In this document: piece by piece, positions 9,561 through 20,022 of the stretch
Numbering within the stretch: position 1 is the first letter of the stretch
How the letters are laid out: each line of letters opens with the position of its first letter
Assembly: GCA_964507345.1 (NCBI GenBank)
Contig: CAZDPL010000001.1
Location: forward strand, 2,073-66,072
Direction of reading: 5' to 3'
From: an uncultured Nitrososphaeria archaeon
Lineage (GTDB): Archaea > Thermoproteota > Nitrososphaeria_A > Caldarchaeales > Wolframiiraptoraceae
DNA: 64,000 bases
Program-made: the position numbers and the translations under genes
The notes under the pieces: model-generated
Told to the model about the DNA's origin: nothing
Seen by the model: the letters and a program-made list of their open reading frames with translations, nothing else
The model's database searches: none

Positions 9561-9644
9561 TATCCTCTAGATACCCGAGCGTATATTCCCAAGCCGATCG
9601 AATCCGGAATGATTTAATCCTAGAACTTGGCCAATTACAGGTGC

Positions 9645-10724
9645 ATGTATCGCGCCGGCCTGAGAGAGCTGCGGCTCGTTTACCCCTCTAAACCCAAATG
9701 GTATTTCAATGCTGTCCAGAACATACTCACCCGCATCATTTCGTCTTACATAACTCTCTTCGGCGCGAAGAGGTTCATAGCGGGGCTAGCTTCTCCAGTA
9801 TTTTTCGATGGATTAGCAGCCGCAGCCCATTTAGATGAGTTGGAGGGAGGAGCTACAACGATCATCGCTACGATTCTCAAAAACTACATAAGGCCTGAAA
9901 TGGGCCTGGCCGTAGTCGGAGGAAAGAGGCCGAAAGGCTACAAGGTTCCAGAAGAACTTGACAAAGTCGCAGAAGTCTTCGGGTTCAGCGAATCAACTCT
10001 AACCAGCCTTAAGTATGCCAGCAGGATGGTTGCGAAAGTGGATAGCGCCGCTATTCAAGACGGCTTTGAACTATATCTGCACTTAATGATAGTTTCAGAT
10101 GATGGAGAATGGACTATAATTCAACAAGGAGTTAAGCCCGTGAACCTAGTCAGGAGATATCACTGGATTTCAAGGGGCTTGAAAAGCTTCGTCGAAGAAC
10201 CGCATAGTGGAATAGTCTCCGCTGAAAGAGAGAACATAGTCCTAGATATGACGAATAAGCAAAGCGCCGAGGCTAGGAAAACCTGCGTCGAAGCCGTAAA
10301 CACCGACCTAAGATCATTAAGAAAATTGCTTCAACGCATTCCGCCTGGACAAGTAACGTTGACGGAATTTGATGCTCATGAAGAGAAGAAATGCCCCTTC
10401 GAGATTCCGAGAATAAAGTGGGCAACTCTACTTGAAGTGAATAGGCATGCTCCTAAAGATTTCGAGGAGCTACTATCACTCCGCGGAGTCGGGCCTGCTA
10501 TGGTGAGATTCCTAGCAGCCGCATCGATAGAATTATACGATGTTTATCCAAGCTTATCAGATCCCGCGATTCTTTTCAGAGAAATGCCTCTGAAGGTTGG
10601 GGAGGATAGGTGGCTATATGAGCTTGTGGATGCGATAAAGTCTTCTGATCTAAACTTTGTAGAAAAAAAGAAGGCGCTTAATAGGTTGTCGAACGTCTTT
10701 CGATCCCTTGAGGAACTCGCGTAA
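9645..10724 (+). CDS. DUF763-family protein (divergent)
   Basis: ASRMVAKVDSAAIQDGFELYLH, IIQQG, RRYHW, SFVEEPHSGI and HhH-like ELLSLRGVGP motifs. Confidence 0.82.
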   Translation: MYRAGLRELRLVYPSKPKWYFNAVQNILTRIISSYITLFGAKRFIAGLASPVFFDGLAAAAHLDELEGGATTIIATILKNYIRPEMGLAVVGGKRPKGYKVPEELDKVAEVFGFSESTLTSLKYASRMVAKVDSAAIQDGFELYLHLMIVSDDGEWTIIQQGVKPVNLVRRYHWISRGLKSFVEEPHSGIVSAERENIVLDMTNKQSAEARKTCVEAVNTDLRSLRKLLQRIPPGQVTLTEFDAHEEKKCPFEIPRIKWATLLEVNRHAPKDFEELLSLRGVGPAMVRFLAAASIELYDVYPSLSDPAILFREMPLKVGEDRWLYELVDAIKSSDLNFVEKKKALNRLSNVFRSLEELA

Positions 10725-10725
10725 G

Positions 10726-11805
10726 CTAGCGTTCTCTCTTACCTTCTATGAATTCTTCAACCATCTGTCTCGCTACGTCGTCTGGATACTGCACTGGCGG
10801 GCTCTTCATGAAATAGGCTGATGGGCTTATCAGTACTCCGCCTATTCCTCGATCCTTACCTATCTTCGCGCATCTAAGCGCGTCAATGACTACTCCAGCA
10901 GAGTTCGGGCTATCCCATACCTCGAGCTTCGCCTCAACCGTCAGCGGGCAACCTCCGAAGGCCGTTCCCTCGATCCTGATATAAGCCCATTTCCTATCCT
11001 TAAGCCATGGAACATAATCGCTGGGGCCGATGTGAATGTTCTCTTCGCCGATATCGTATGGTAGGAGGCTGGTGACCGCCGTGGTCTTCGAAATCTTCTT
11101 GGAAGTTAATCTCTCCCGCTCGAGCATGTTCAGGAAATCGGTGTTTCCTCCAAAGTTCAGCTGGTAAGTCCTCTCAACCTTCACTCCTCGATCAACGAAT
11201 AGCTTAACCAGCGTTCTGTGAAGGATCGTTGCTCCAACCTGGCTCTTGACATCATCTCCGACTAACGGGACTCCGCGCTTCTCGAAGATTTGCTGCCATC
11301 TAGGCTCTCTTGCTATGAAGACAGGTATTCCATTTACGAGAGCGGCTCCTGCTTCTAACACTTGCTCGACGTACCATTTCGTTGCTGACTCACTTCCGAC
11401 AGGGAGGAAGTTTATCACAACGTCTGCTCCAGTGCTCTTTAGAACATCGGCGACATCGACGGTTGGTGAGGGATGTTTCTCGATAACTCCCTGAAGATAC
11501 TTTCCAATGCTGTCATGAGTCATTCCTCTCATGACCTCTACTCCGAGCTTTGGGACATCAGCGAACTTCCTTGTGCAATTCGGCGGAGCGAAGATGGCTT
11601 CGGAAAGATCTTTTCCAACCTTGTTTTTATCGACGTCAAAGGCTGCGACGAACTCTATGTCGCTGATATGATAAGGTCCAAGTCTCACATGCATTAGTCC
11701 AGGAATTCTCTCATTTTCATCAGCATCCCTGTAGTAATAGACTCCTTGGACAAGCGCCGAAGCGCAGTTACCAACTCCTATGATCGCGACTTTTACCTTG
11801 GGCAT
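10726..11805 (-). CDS. ino1: Myo-inositol-1-phosphate synthase
   Basis: [43 protein letters not shown] motifs. Confidence 0.96.
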   Translation of the reverse strand: MPKVKVAIIGVGNCASALVQGVYYYRDADENERIPGLMHVRLGPYHISDIEFVAAFDVDKNKVGKDLSEAIFAPPNCTRKFADVPKLGVEVMRGMTHDSIGKYLQGVIEKHPSPTVDVADVLKSTGADVVINFLPVGSESATKWYVEQVLEAGAALVNGIPVFIAREPRWQQIFEKRGVPLVGDDVKSQVGATILHRTLVKLFVDRGVKVERTYQLNFGGNTDFLNMLERERLTSKKISKTTAVTSLLPYDIGEENIHIGPSDYVPWLKDRKWAYIRIEGTAFGGCPLTVEAKLEVWDSPNSAGVVIDALRCAKIGKDRGIGGVLISPSAYFMKSPPVQYPDDVARQMVEEFIEGKRER

Positions 11806-11874
11806 GTCGCCATAATACTGTCTTGGTCGATATATAACTGTTTCACGGCCATGAAATAGTTTACAGCCATAAAA

Positions 11875-12204
11875 TTAAAGCTCTTGATAAAGCTTCCTCA
11901 AGAAATTCTTCGCTTTTTCCAAGGCTTTTTCTCCCTTCGCAGTCAAGACATAATATTTTCTCTGGGGGCCGCCGCTGCTTTCCGTGGTTTTCTTCGTCGT
12001 GATTAATCCTTCTGATTCAAGCTTGTAAAGCACGATATAACATGTAACTCTCCCAGGCTTAAATCCGAAGTGCTTTCTTATCTTCTCCCTTATCTCATAA
12101 CCGTAGAGCGGCTCCTTCTTCAAGAGGCTTAACACGTAGAGCCAGAGATTTTCGATCGTGAGCTTTCGCACGAGTCTTCGATAGGCGGCGCCCATTCCAT
12201 TCAC
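11875..12204 (-). CDS. PadR-family transcriptional regulator
   Basis: PLYGYEI...LYKLESEGLI...RKYYVLTAKG. Confidence 0.9.
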   Translation of the reverse strand: MNGMGAAYRRLVRKLTIENLWLYVLSLLKKEPLYGYEIREKIRKHFGFKPGRVTCYIVLYKLESEGLITTKKTTESSGGPQRKYYVLTAKGEKALEKAKNFLRKLYQEL

Positions 12205-12291
12205 TACTCCGATCCTTTCTCAATACGGCTAAAATAATAAGATTCTTCCCAGAGATAATGCTTTAAGACCGCCTTTTCGATCCTAAGCCGA

Positions 12292-13089
12292 ATGAAACGC
12301 TACGATGGAGTAATCCTTGATCTTGATGGCTGCGTCTATGTAGGAGATAAGCCAACCGAAGGCGCCGTCGAAGCTTTAGCCAAGCTTAAGAAGCTTGGCG
12401 TGAAAATTCTCTACCTCACCAATAACTCTGGATGGACTTCAGAAGACTACGCTATGAGGCTTCGCAGAATGGGCATAGAATGCAGTGCAGATGAAGTCTT
12501 AACAGTTGGGGAGGTGATTGCATCCTACATTCTCTCAAAATCAGGTCCAAGTAAAGTTTTGGTGATCGCGGGTCGAGGTGTAAAAGAATACTGCAAAAGA
12601 CTTGGACATAAGGTTCTTGAGCCTCAGGAATGGCGCGAAGCAGAATATGTAGTCGTCGGATTAGATCCCGAAATAAATTATCAGAAGCTTAGATTCGGCT
12701 TAAAGGCAATTCTCAAGGGCGCGGTCTTCATAGGAACCAATCCCGACGTAACGCATCCTGGATCCGAGGGAATAGAGCCTGGCTCTGGAGCAATGATCGC
12801 AGCGTTTAAAGCCATGACGGGTATTGAGCCGATAATTATGGGAAAACCCTTTAGGATAATCATGGATGCTGCTCTCGATCGGCTGAAGCTGACCGCTGAT
12901 AGAGTTCTCGTAGTTGGCGATAGGCTTGACACGGATGTAAAAGCTGGGAAAACTATAGGCGCTGACACGGCGCTGGTTCTAACGGGGATAACCAAAGAAT
13001 CTGATCTAGAAAATGTTCCGCCAGAGCTTAAGCCCACCTACGTTTTTCGAAATCTCCACGAGCTTGTTTACAAGCTCTATGAAGAGTAG
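12292..13089 (+). CDS. HAD-superfamily IIA hydrolase (NagD-like phosphatase)
   Basis: DLDGC, LTNNS, TNPD, GKP, VGDRLDTD motifs. Confidence 0.92.
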   Translation: MKRYDGVILDLDGCVYVGDKPTEGAVEALAKLKKLGVKILYLTNNSGWTSEDYAMRLRRMGIECSADEVLTVGEVIASYILSKSGPSKVLVIAGRGVKEYCKRLGHKVLEPQEWREAEYVVVGLDPEINYQKLRFGLKAILKGAVFIGTNPDVTHPGSEGIEPGSGAMIAAFKAMTGIEPIIMGKPFRIIMDAALDRLKLTADRVLVVGDRLDTDVKAGKTIGADTALVLTGITKESDLENVPPELKPTYVFRNLHELVYKLYEE

Positions 13090-13556
13090 CTTCTAGAACC
13101 TAAGGGAAGCTCATAGCTTTCTTTAATCGTTCTAAGGACAATCTTGGTCTCGGTTGACGTAACTCCATCCAAAGTTCCTATACGATCCAAGATCTTTGCA
13201 AGAGATTCTTTATCCTTCGTTCTAACTTTAACCAAACAATAGTGCTCTCCCGTAACGTCATGTATTTCTAAAACTTCTGGGATCATTGAGAGCTGTGAAA
13301 GCACCTTCTCATATTTCATTGGATGAGCTGTTATGGAGATAAATGCCGTAACCGTGTAGCCAAGTTTTTCAGGATCTAGTATTGCTTGAATTTTCTTAAC
13401 GACGCCATTCTTAATTAGCTTCTGAATACGCGAGTAGATAGCAGCCTCGCTCATTCCCATCTTCCTAGCAATATCCGAATAAGAAGCTCTACCATCCTGT
13501 TGCAGGAGCGTGAGAATTTTCAAATCCTTATTATCGAGATTAATTTTCCGCCCCAT
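13077..13556 (-). CDS. Lrp/AsnC-family transcriptional regulator
   Basis: LDNKDLKILTLLQQDGRASYSDIA HTH plus RAM domain (DVTGEHY); start at MGRK assumed. Confidence 0.93.
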   Translation of the reverse strand: MGRKINLDNKDLKILTLLQQDGRASYSDIARKMGMSEAAIYSRIQKLIKNGVVKKIQAILDPEKLGYTVTAFISITAHPMKYEKVLSQLSMIPEVLEIHDVTGEHYCLVKVRTKDKESLAKILDRIGTLDGVTSTETKIVLRTIKESYELPLGSRSYSS

Positions 13557-13732
13557 CAAGATAAAGCAATATTTCGTTAGATATATTCTTATAGGAATGC
13601 TGGAAAAGCTTGAATAACGCATGGTTTTTCGAAAAATTTCCTCTGCAAGCTGGCATGTGATAGTAATATATATGCTGTATTTGGAGACCTGAAGAATTGA
13701 AGGTCTCTGGCAGTTGTTGAGGGGGAGATTAA

Positions 13733-14698
13733 ATGGGCCGAGACTGTAGAGTTGGGGTAGTGCGAGGCGAGGAGCTGCTCCTCTATAGCTTCCCTGAACC
13801 TCACCCTTTCAGGAAGGAGCGGGTAATCGCTTTCTACAATGCTTTCAAGGAATTCGAGAAAAGTGTTGGTGGAAAGGTCTCGCCCATTAAGCCCGAAATC
13901 GCTTCGGATAACGATGTCCTTCTCTTCCATGAACAACGCTACCTCGAGTTTGTTAAGGAGCGGTCGAAGGAAGGCTACGGCTATCTAGATTATGGAGATA
14001 CTCCCGCGTTTAAGGGATGCTATGAGGCATCACTCTATGTGGTCGGATCAACCCTGAAACTTATCAAACTCATACTCGATGGCGAAATAGATCATGGATT
14101 CAATCCTGTCGGAGGACTTCATCACGCGAGAAGAGACGCCGCAGCCGGATTCTGCATATTCAACGACGCCGCGATAGCGATAAAGTATCTCTTAGATAAG
14201 GTCGGGTTAAGGGAGGTGCTCTACGTCGATATAGACGCGCATCACGGAGACGGCGTATTTTACAGCTTCTACTTCGACAAGCGAGTCAGGATACTAGACT
14301 TCCATCAAAGCGGGAGAACACTTTACCCGGGAACAGGATTCGAGCATGAGCGAGGCGGGGGCGAAGCTATTGGAACAAAACTGAACATAACTTTCCTCCC
14401 CGGCGCAGGCTTCCAAGAATTTAAGGATGCTTGGGAAAATATGGCTGAAGGCTTCTTAAATGAATCCAGCCCGGAGTTCATAATTCTACAAGCTGGAGCG
14501 GATGGGTTGGTGGGTGATCCATTAACTGGGTTGAATTATACTGAGGAGGTTCACGCTTATGTTGCTCGAAGACTTCACGAATTTGCGCATGAAAAATGTG
14601 ATGGTAGGATAATCGCGCTTGGAGGCGGAGGCTATAATCCTGATAACGTTGCAAAGGCTTGGCTGTCAGTCGTAAAGTCCTTCACTACTCGATCTTAA
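13733..14698 (+). CDS. Histone deacetylase-family protein (AcuC-like)
   Basis: GGLHHA, GFCIFND, DIDAHHGDG, YPGTG, QAGADG, GGGGY. Confidence 0.94.
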   Translation: MGRDCRVGVVRGEELLLYSFPEPHPFRKERVIAFYNAFKEFEKSVGGKVSPIKPEIASDNDVLLFHEQRYLEFVKERSKEGYGYLDYGDTPAFKGCYEASLYVVGSTLKLIKLILDGEIDHGFNPVGGLHHARRDAAAGFCIFNDAAIAIKYLLDKVGLREVLYVDIDAHHGDGVFYSFYFDKRVRILDFHQSGRTLYPGTGFEHERGGGEAIGTKLNITFLPGAGFQEFKDAWENMAEGFLNESSPEFIILQAGADGLVGDPLTGLNYTEEVHAYVARRLHEFAHEKCDGRIIALGGGGYNPDNVAKAWLSVVKSFTTRS

Positions 14699-15098
14699 TC
14701 TTGTATCCAGCCAGCTTCTTTCTAGCCACGACTTCCAGTACTCCATCCTTATACCTTGCTCTAACGGTTTCTGGATCTATCTTGACCGGAAGCCTTACAT
14801 GGAGGACATATCTTCCTTCCTCGACTTTTCGGAGAGGAGATCTACACGGCGCCTCGATCTTGAAGTAATCCTCTCCGACTCTCAGATCGATTTCCTCTTT
14901 ACTGGTTCCAGGTAGATCTGCTGTCAGAATTATTTCGTCTCCGGATTCGTAGAGGTTGTAGAGCGGTGTTATGCATTTTCGCATGCTTTCAGCTTCCTTA
15001 ATCATCCTGAAAAATTCCTCCTCCATTCTAGCGATCTCTGCTTCCATCCTCCTAAACTCGTCGAGGATCATTCTCCAAAGGGGCTTCCTGCGCTCCAT
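14685..15098 (-). CDS. Small heat shock protein Hsp20
   Basis: ADLPG...LP...A.YKDGVLEV alpha-crystallin motifs; SD GGTGG upstream of MERRK. Confidence 0.9.
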   Translation of the reverse strand: MERRKPLWRMILDEFRRMEAEIARMEEEFFRMIKEAESMRKCITPLYNLYESGDEIILTADLPGTSKEEIDLRVGEDYFKIEAPCRSPLRKVEEGRYVLHVRLPVKIDPETVRARYKDGVLEVVARKKLAGYKIKIE

Positions 15099-15108
15099 TT
15101 CTCCCACC

Positions 15109-15876
15109 TCACAGGTAGACTGGTGGAAGCTCAAGCTCCTTCGACTTCTGAATTCCCTGCATCATTTGATCGGTCCTCCTCATTAAATCTCTTAACTTTA
15201 GTTTGAGTTCCTCAGCGCTTTCTAAAAGTGGGCCGACGTCGATATCGATTTTCAAGAGCTTCGAGAGATAGGTGACGACCTCGGCGGCGGCTCCTGGATC
15301 TGGATAATTGTAATGTGATTGGGCTAAGACTATCGCTGTGTTCACGTTCATTCTTGCTCCCTCTCTAAGAATTATCCCCTTTATTCCCGCTATGAATCCT
15401 TCTTTAAACTTGCTTACGGAATCAACTTGGACAAGTTTCTCCGTAAGCTCTGGCGTGCTTCCTAGAACGAAGATTTTGGGCTTGTCGATATTCAGCCTAT
15501 TTGGTTCTGGTAAACCTGAGAGTGAGAGGAATAGTTCAGCGTTCTTCGACTTCGCCCAATTTACCAATCTACTTCCAAGAGGCTTAACTATGGCGGCTGG
15601 CAAGGGGATATCTGAGACTATGGCCACTATTCTCCCGCCTTTATAGATCCTTATCAATTCTTTGATTCTTTCACCTCTAACAGAGATTATGGGGGGAAGT
15701 AGGTCTGCGTCGATGTATCCGACTTCTTCTAGCTGGAGTTTATCAATCAGATAGGAGGCTGCGATTGCTCCCACGAGACCTATATCTGGAAATCCTTCGA
15801 TGAATATGAGATCCTTGCCTTCAATAGGCTTAACCTCCACGATTTCTATATCTCGGTCATACGACTGGCTTTCCAT
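15109..15876 (-). CDS. PAC2-family proteasome assembly chaperone homolog
   Basis: GFPDIGLVGAIA, YPDPGAAA motifs; C-terminal VYL (HbYX). Confidence 0.9.
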   Translation of the reverse strand: MESQSYDRDIEIVEVKPIEGKDLIFIEGFPDIGLVGAIAASYLIDKLQLEEVGYIDADLLPPIISVRGERIKELIRIYKGGRIVAIVSDIPLPAAIVKPLGSRLVNWAKSKNAELFLSLSGLPEPNRLNIDKPKIFVLGSTPELTEKLVQVDSVSKFKEGFIAGIKGIILREGARMNVNTAIVLAQSHYNYPDPGAAAEVVTYLSKLLKIDIDVGPLLESAEELKLKLRDLMRRTDQMMQGIQKSKELELPPVYL

Positions 15877-16019
15877 CGCTTAGAAGAGGCGCGTTGCTGG
15901 TAGATAAATTCTGAGGCTTGAAAGAAGTTGACGAAGATTTTTTCGATCCTTGCAGAAAACCCTGGAGAAATCCTTTTTAGATGGACTCCGTAACGGCAAA
16001 ACGAAGGTAGGTGTTTTCC

Positions 16020-17993
16020 ATGAGCGAGAAAGAGAAAGCTGAGAGCGCGGTAAAATACTTTGGTGAGAAACTTCGAGAAATGTCTCAGAAAGCTTTCGAA
16101 GACCTCGAGAACTTTTGGTCTGAAATTGCTGATAATCTCGTATGGTTTAAGCGATGGGACAAGGTATTAGAATGGTCTCCTCCATTCGCTCGATGGTTTG
16201 TTGGAGGAGTTCTCAACGCATGTTATAACGCTCTAGACGTTAACATTAAGAAGGGACTAAAGAACAAGGTAGCCTACTTCTGGGAAGGTGAAGAGGGAAC
16301 CACCAGAACATTGACATACTATCAGCTATGGAAGGAGGTAAATAAGTTCGCAAACGTCTTGAAGAAGCTCGGCGTCAAGAAGGGAGACCGAGTATCAATC
16401 TACCTGCCGATGATTCCAGAGCTTCCGATCGCCATGCTTGCATGCGCCAGAATAGGCGCCTTACATAGCGTAGTCTTCTCAGGATTCAGCGCAGCAGCCC
16501 TGGCCGACAGAATAAACGACGCGGAAGCCAAAGTTCTCATCACCGCCGACGGCCTCTACAGGAGAGGTAAGGTGATTCCGCTGAAGAAGAACGCGGATGA
16601 GGCATTGAAGATGTCGAAGTCCGTTCAAAAGGTAGTAGTTGTCAAGAGAGTTGGTTTAGAGGACACGCCGATGACCGAGGGCAGAGACTATTGGTGGGAC
16701 GACTTAATGAAGGAAGCTGAGCCATACTGCCCACCTGAACCCGTAGAGTCCACAGACCCGCTCTTCATACTCTACACAAGCGGAACAACTGGAAAGCCGA
16801 AAGGAGTAGTCCACAGCACTGGCGGATACCTGGTCTGGGTTTGGGCGACCCTAAAGTGGGCTTTCGATCCGAGACCCGACGACATCTGGTGGTGCACAGC
16901 CGACATAGGCTGGATTACGGGCCACAGCTACATAGTCTACGGTCCGCTACTACACGGCCTCACGCAGATAATGTATGATGGAGCTCCAGATTATCCAGCT
17001 CCAGATCGATGGTGGGAGATCGTTGAGAAGTATGGCGTAACTGCGTTCTACACCGCGCCGACCGCCATCAGAATGCATATGAAATTCGGCGAACAATGGG
17101 CTAAGAAACATGATCTCAGCACCTTGAGAATTCTAGGAACTGTTGGAGAACCGATAAACCCAGAGGCTTGGAAATGGTACTATGAGGTGATAGGAAACAA
17201 GAAGTGCCCGATAATCGACACTTGGTGGCAGACCGAGACAGGTGGATTCATGATCTCGCCAGCGGCTGGAATAGACCTCGTTCCGCTAAAGCCTGGATCT
17301 GCAACCTTCCCGCTGCCTGGAATCCATGCCGAGGTCGTGAATGAAGATGGTGAACCAGTTAAGCCATATGAGAGAGGCTATCTAGTGATCCTTGCTCCAT
17401 GGCCTGGAATGTTGATGACCCTATGGAAGGATCCTGAGAGGTACAAGGAGGTTTATTGGTCGAAGTTCCAGCCCAACAGTAAGCTCCAATTCAAGATTCA
17501 GCCTCCAGCAGTCTACTACACTGGAGACTACGCGATGAAGGACGAGGAAGGCTACTTCTGGCTAATGGGCAGAGCCGACGACGTGATCAAGGTCGCGGGC
17601 CACAGGATCGGAACCGCCGAAGTCGAGAGCGCGTTCGTAAGCCATCCAGCAGTCGCCGAAGCAGCCGTAATCGGAAAACCTGACCCAGTTAAAGGAGAGA
17701 CCATAGTCGCTTTCGTGATCCTAAAGTCAGGATACACGGCGAGCGAGGAATTGAGAAACGAATTGAGGATGTGGATTAGGAAGACGATCGGCCCGGTTGC
17801 GACTCCTGAGGCGATATTCTTCGTCTCATCGCTACCGAAGACTAGAAGCGGAAAGATCATGAGAAGACTTCTCAAAGCAGTCGTCAGCGGCCAGCAGCTC
17901 GGAGACATAACGACCCTAGAAGACGCGTCATCGATCGAGGAAGCCAAGAAAGCCGTTGAAATGCTGAGGAAAGCGATGGGAAATAAGAGCTAA
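16020..17993 (+). CDS. acs: Acetyl-CoA synthetase (AMP-forming)
   Basis: [46 protein letters not shown]. Confidence 0.97.
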   Translation: MSEKEKAESAVKYFGEKLREMSQKAFEDLENFWSEIADNLVWFKRWDKVLEWSPPFARWFVGGVLNACYNALDVNIKKGLKNKVAYFWEGEEGTTRTLTYYQLWKEVNKFANVLKKLGVKKGDRVSIYLPMIPELPIAMLACARIGALHSVVFSGFSAAALADRINDAEAKVLITADGLYRRGKVIPLKKNADEALKMSKSVQKVVVVKRVGLEDTPMTEGRDYWWDDLMKEAEPYCPPEPVESTDPLFILYTSGTTGKPKGVVHSTGGYLVWVWATLKWAFDPRPDDIWWCTADIGWITGHSYIVYGPLLHGLTQIMYDGAPDYPAPDRWWEIVEKYGVTAFYTAPTAIRMHMKFGEQWAKKHDLSTLRILGTVGEPINPEAWKWYYEVIGNKKCPIIDTWWQTETGGFMISPAAGIDLVPLKPGSATFPLPGIHAEVVNEDGEPVKPYERGYLVILAPWPGMLMTLWKDPERYKEVYWSKFQPNSKLQFKIQPPAVYYTGDYAMKDEEGYFWLMGRADDVIKVAGHRIGTAEVESAFVSHPAVAEAAVIGKPDPVKGETIVAFVILKSGYTASEELRNELRMWIRKTIGPVATPEAIFFVSSLPKTRSGKIMRRLLKAVVSGQQLGDITTLEDASSIEEAKKAVEMLRKAMGNKS

Positions 17994-18091
17994 TATTCCT
18001 CATTTTTCGCAAATTTTCCTTCACGTTTTTCTCACCCTTAATCTCATTCCTTTTGAGAAGATTTAAACTGGGGAAGCTTCAGGTATCTACG

Positions 18092-19372
18092 ATGCCCAAG
18101 ACTAGCAGAATCCCAGGCTTCTATAAGCTGACCCCAGAGGAGCGATTAAGAATTGTAGCGGAATTTGCGGGCTTAACGGAGGAAGAGGTTGATCTTCTTA
18201 GAAGATTTGGAGCCTTAGATGAATCTACCGCTAATAGGATGATCGAGAACGTGGTAGGAGCCTTTCAGCTTCCAATCGGAATAGCCGTAAACTTTCTCAT
18301 CAATGGAAGAGACTACATGATCCCCATGGTAATCGAAGAGCCATCGGTCGTAGCCGCAGCATCGAACGCCGCGAGAATGACGAGAGAAGGGGGCGGAGTA
18401 TACGCTCAAAGCACAGAATCCCTCATGATAGGCCAGATACAGATCCTAGGCGTTAAAGATCCACATGGAGCGAGATTCGAGATCCTGAAAAATAAGGATG
18501 AGATATTGGAGATAGCGAATGAGAAAGATCCAGTCCTCGTAAAGCTTGGGGGAGGAGCGAAAGACCTAGAGGTAAGAGTAGTTGAAAGCAGACTCGGCCC
18601 CATGCTGATAGTCCATCTAATAGTCGACGTCAAGGACGCGATGGGAGCAAACGCTGTAAACACGATGGCCGAAGCCGTGGCTCCGAGGCTAGCATCGATA
18701 GCTGGCGGCCGATTCAGGCTGAGAATAATATCGAACCTAGCCGATAAGAGACTCGTTAGAGCTTGGACCAGAATTCCGCCTGAAGCGGTTGGAGGTAAAG
18801 AAGTTGCTGAAGGAATCGTCGAAGCGTGGGCATTCGCGGACGCCGACCCATATCGAGCAGCAACCCATAACAAGGGGATAATGAATGGAGTAGACGCCGT
18901 TGTGATAGCAACTGGAAATGATTGGAGAGCAGTCGAAGCAGGTGCCCACGCCTATGCCGCGAGAAGTGGAAGATACAAGCCTCTCAGCACTTGGGAAATA
19001 GATGAAAAAGGATACCTGGTTGGAACCCTGGAGATGCCTCTTGCAGTCGGAATAGTTGGAGGAGCCACTAGAACAAATCCGCTCGCCAGAATATGTCTAA
19101 AAATTCTTGGAGTGAAATCGGCGAAAGAATTAGCAGAAGTAATCGGCGCGGTTGGATTAGTTCAGAACCTCGCAGCTCTCCGAGCTCTCGCCGCGGAGGG
19201 AATACAAGCAGGCCACATGTCTCTACACGCTAAAAACATCGCGATAATGGCTGGCGCCGTTGGAGACGAAATCGATCAGGTAGCAGAGATCATGGTAAGA
19301 GAGAAATGCGTGAGGGTAGATAAGGCGAAAGAAATACTCGAAAGAATCCGAAAAGAGAAGGCGAAACGCTAA
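18092..19372 (+). CDS. mvaA: Hydroxymethylglutaryl-CoA reductase, class II
   Basis: IENVVG, EEPSVVAAAS, DAMGAN, THNKG, GNDWRA, GIQAGHMSLHA. Confidence 0.94.
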   Translation: MPKTSRIPGFYKLTPEERLRIVAEFAGLTEEEVDLLRRFGALDESTANRMIENVVGAFQLPIGIAVNFLINGRDYMIPMVIEEPSVVAAASNAARMTREGGGVYAQSTESLMIGQIQILGVKDPHGARFEILKNKDEILEIANEKDPVLVKLGGGAKDLEVRVVESRLGPMLIVHLIVDVKDAMGANAVNTMAEAVAPRLASIAGGRFRLRIISNLADKRLVRAWTRIPPEAVGGKEVAEGIVEAWAFADADPYRAATHNKGIMNGVDAVVIATGNDWRAVEAGAHAYAARSGRYKPLSTWEIDEKGYLVGTLEMPLAVGIVGGATRTNPLARICLKILGVKSAKELAEVIGAVGLVQNLAALRALAAEGIQAGHMSLHAKNIAIMAGAVGDEIDQVAEIMVREKCVRVDKAKEILERIRKEKAKR

Positions 19373-19417
19373 CCGCAAAGAAGATAACCCGCTCGATCAT
19401 AAGCTTTCCGTGAGTGG

Positions 19418-19996
19418 ATGCTAGAGAAGAAGGGTGTTAGAATTCTCGGCATAGCTGAGAGCTTCAGAAAAGGAAGCGGAGAAAAAGCTGTCCTAGCAGG
19501 AGTAGTTATGCGAGCAGACTTCATCATAGACGGAATCGTCATCGGAGAATGCACGGTCGGAGGATTAGATGCTACCGAGAAGATTATCGGAATGTATCGA
19601 TCGCTCAACAGAGACGATGTAATGGCGATAATGCTAAACGGCTGCATAATAAGCTGGTTCAACGTCATAGACCTCCACGAACTCCATAACCAAACAGGTC
19701 TACCAGTAATCGCCGTCAGCTACAATCCCACGAAAGGCATCCGAGAATATTTCATGAAATATTTCCCAGAAGACTGGCAAAAACGCGTCGAGATATACGA
19801 GAAAAATGGACCAAGATACGAGATAGTGAATAAAAACAACCTCACAGTCTATCTCCGATCGATCGGGATAGATGAGGACGATGCGGCGAGGCTCGTAAAT
19901 CGATTCACCCTCTTTGGGAAAATTCCCGAACCGCTCAGAATAGCTAGGCTCATAGCCCATGCAGTACTCCTGCAACGAATGAAAGGCGATAATTAA
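19418..19996 (+). CDS. DUF99-family (endonuclease V-like) protein
   Basis: ILGIAESF...GVVMRAD.IIDG...VGGLDAT...FNVID...PEPLRIA. Confidence 0.85.
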   Translation: MLEKKGVRILGIAESFRKGSGEKAVLAGVVMRADFIIDGIVIGECTVGGLDATEKIIGMYRSLNRDDVMAIMLNGCIISWFNVIDLHELHNQTGLPVIAVSYNPTKGIREYFMKYFPEDWQKRVEIYEKNGPRYEIVNKNNLTVYLRSIGIDEDDAARLVNRFTLFGKIPEPLRIARLIAHAVLLQRMKGDN

Positions 19997-20022
19997 AAAT
20001 GAGGGATCCTTGAAGAAGCTTG

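Noticed and set aside
13625..13636. Palindrome TTTTTCGAAAAA between the lrp and HDAC genes
   Set aside because: Low complexity; similar TTTTCGA strings occur at several gene ends, so it cannot be called an operator
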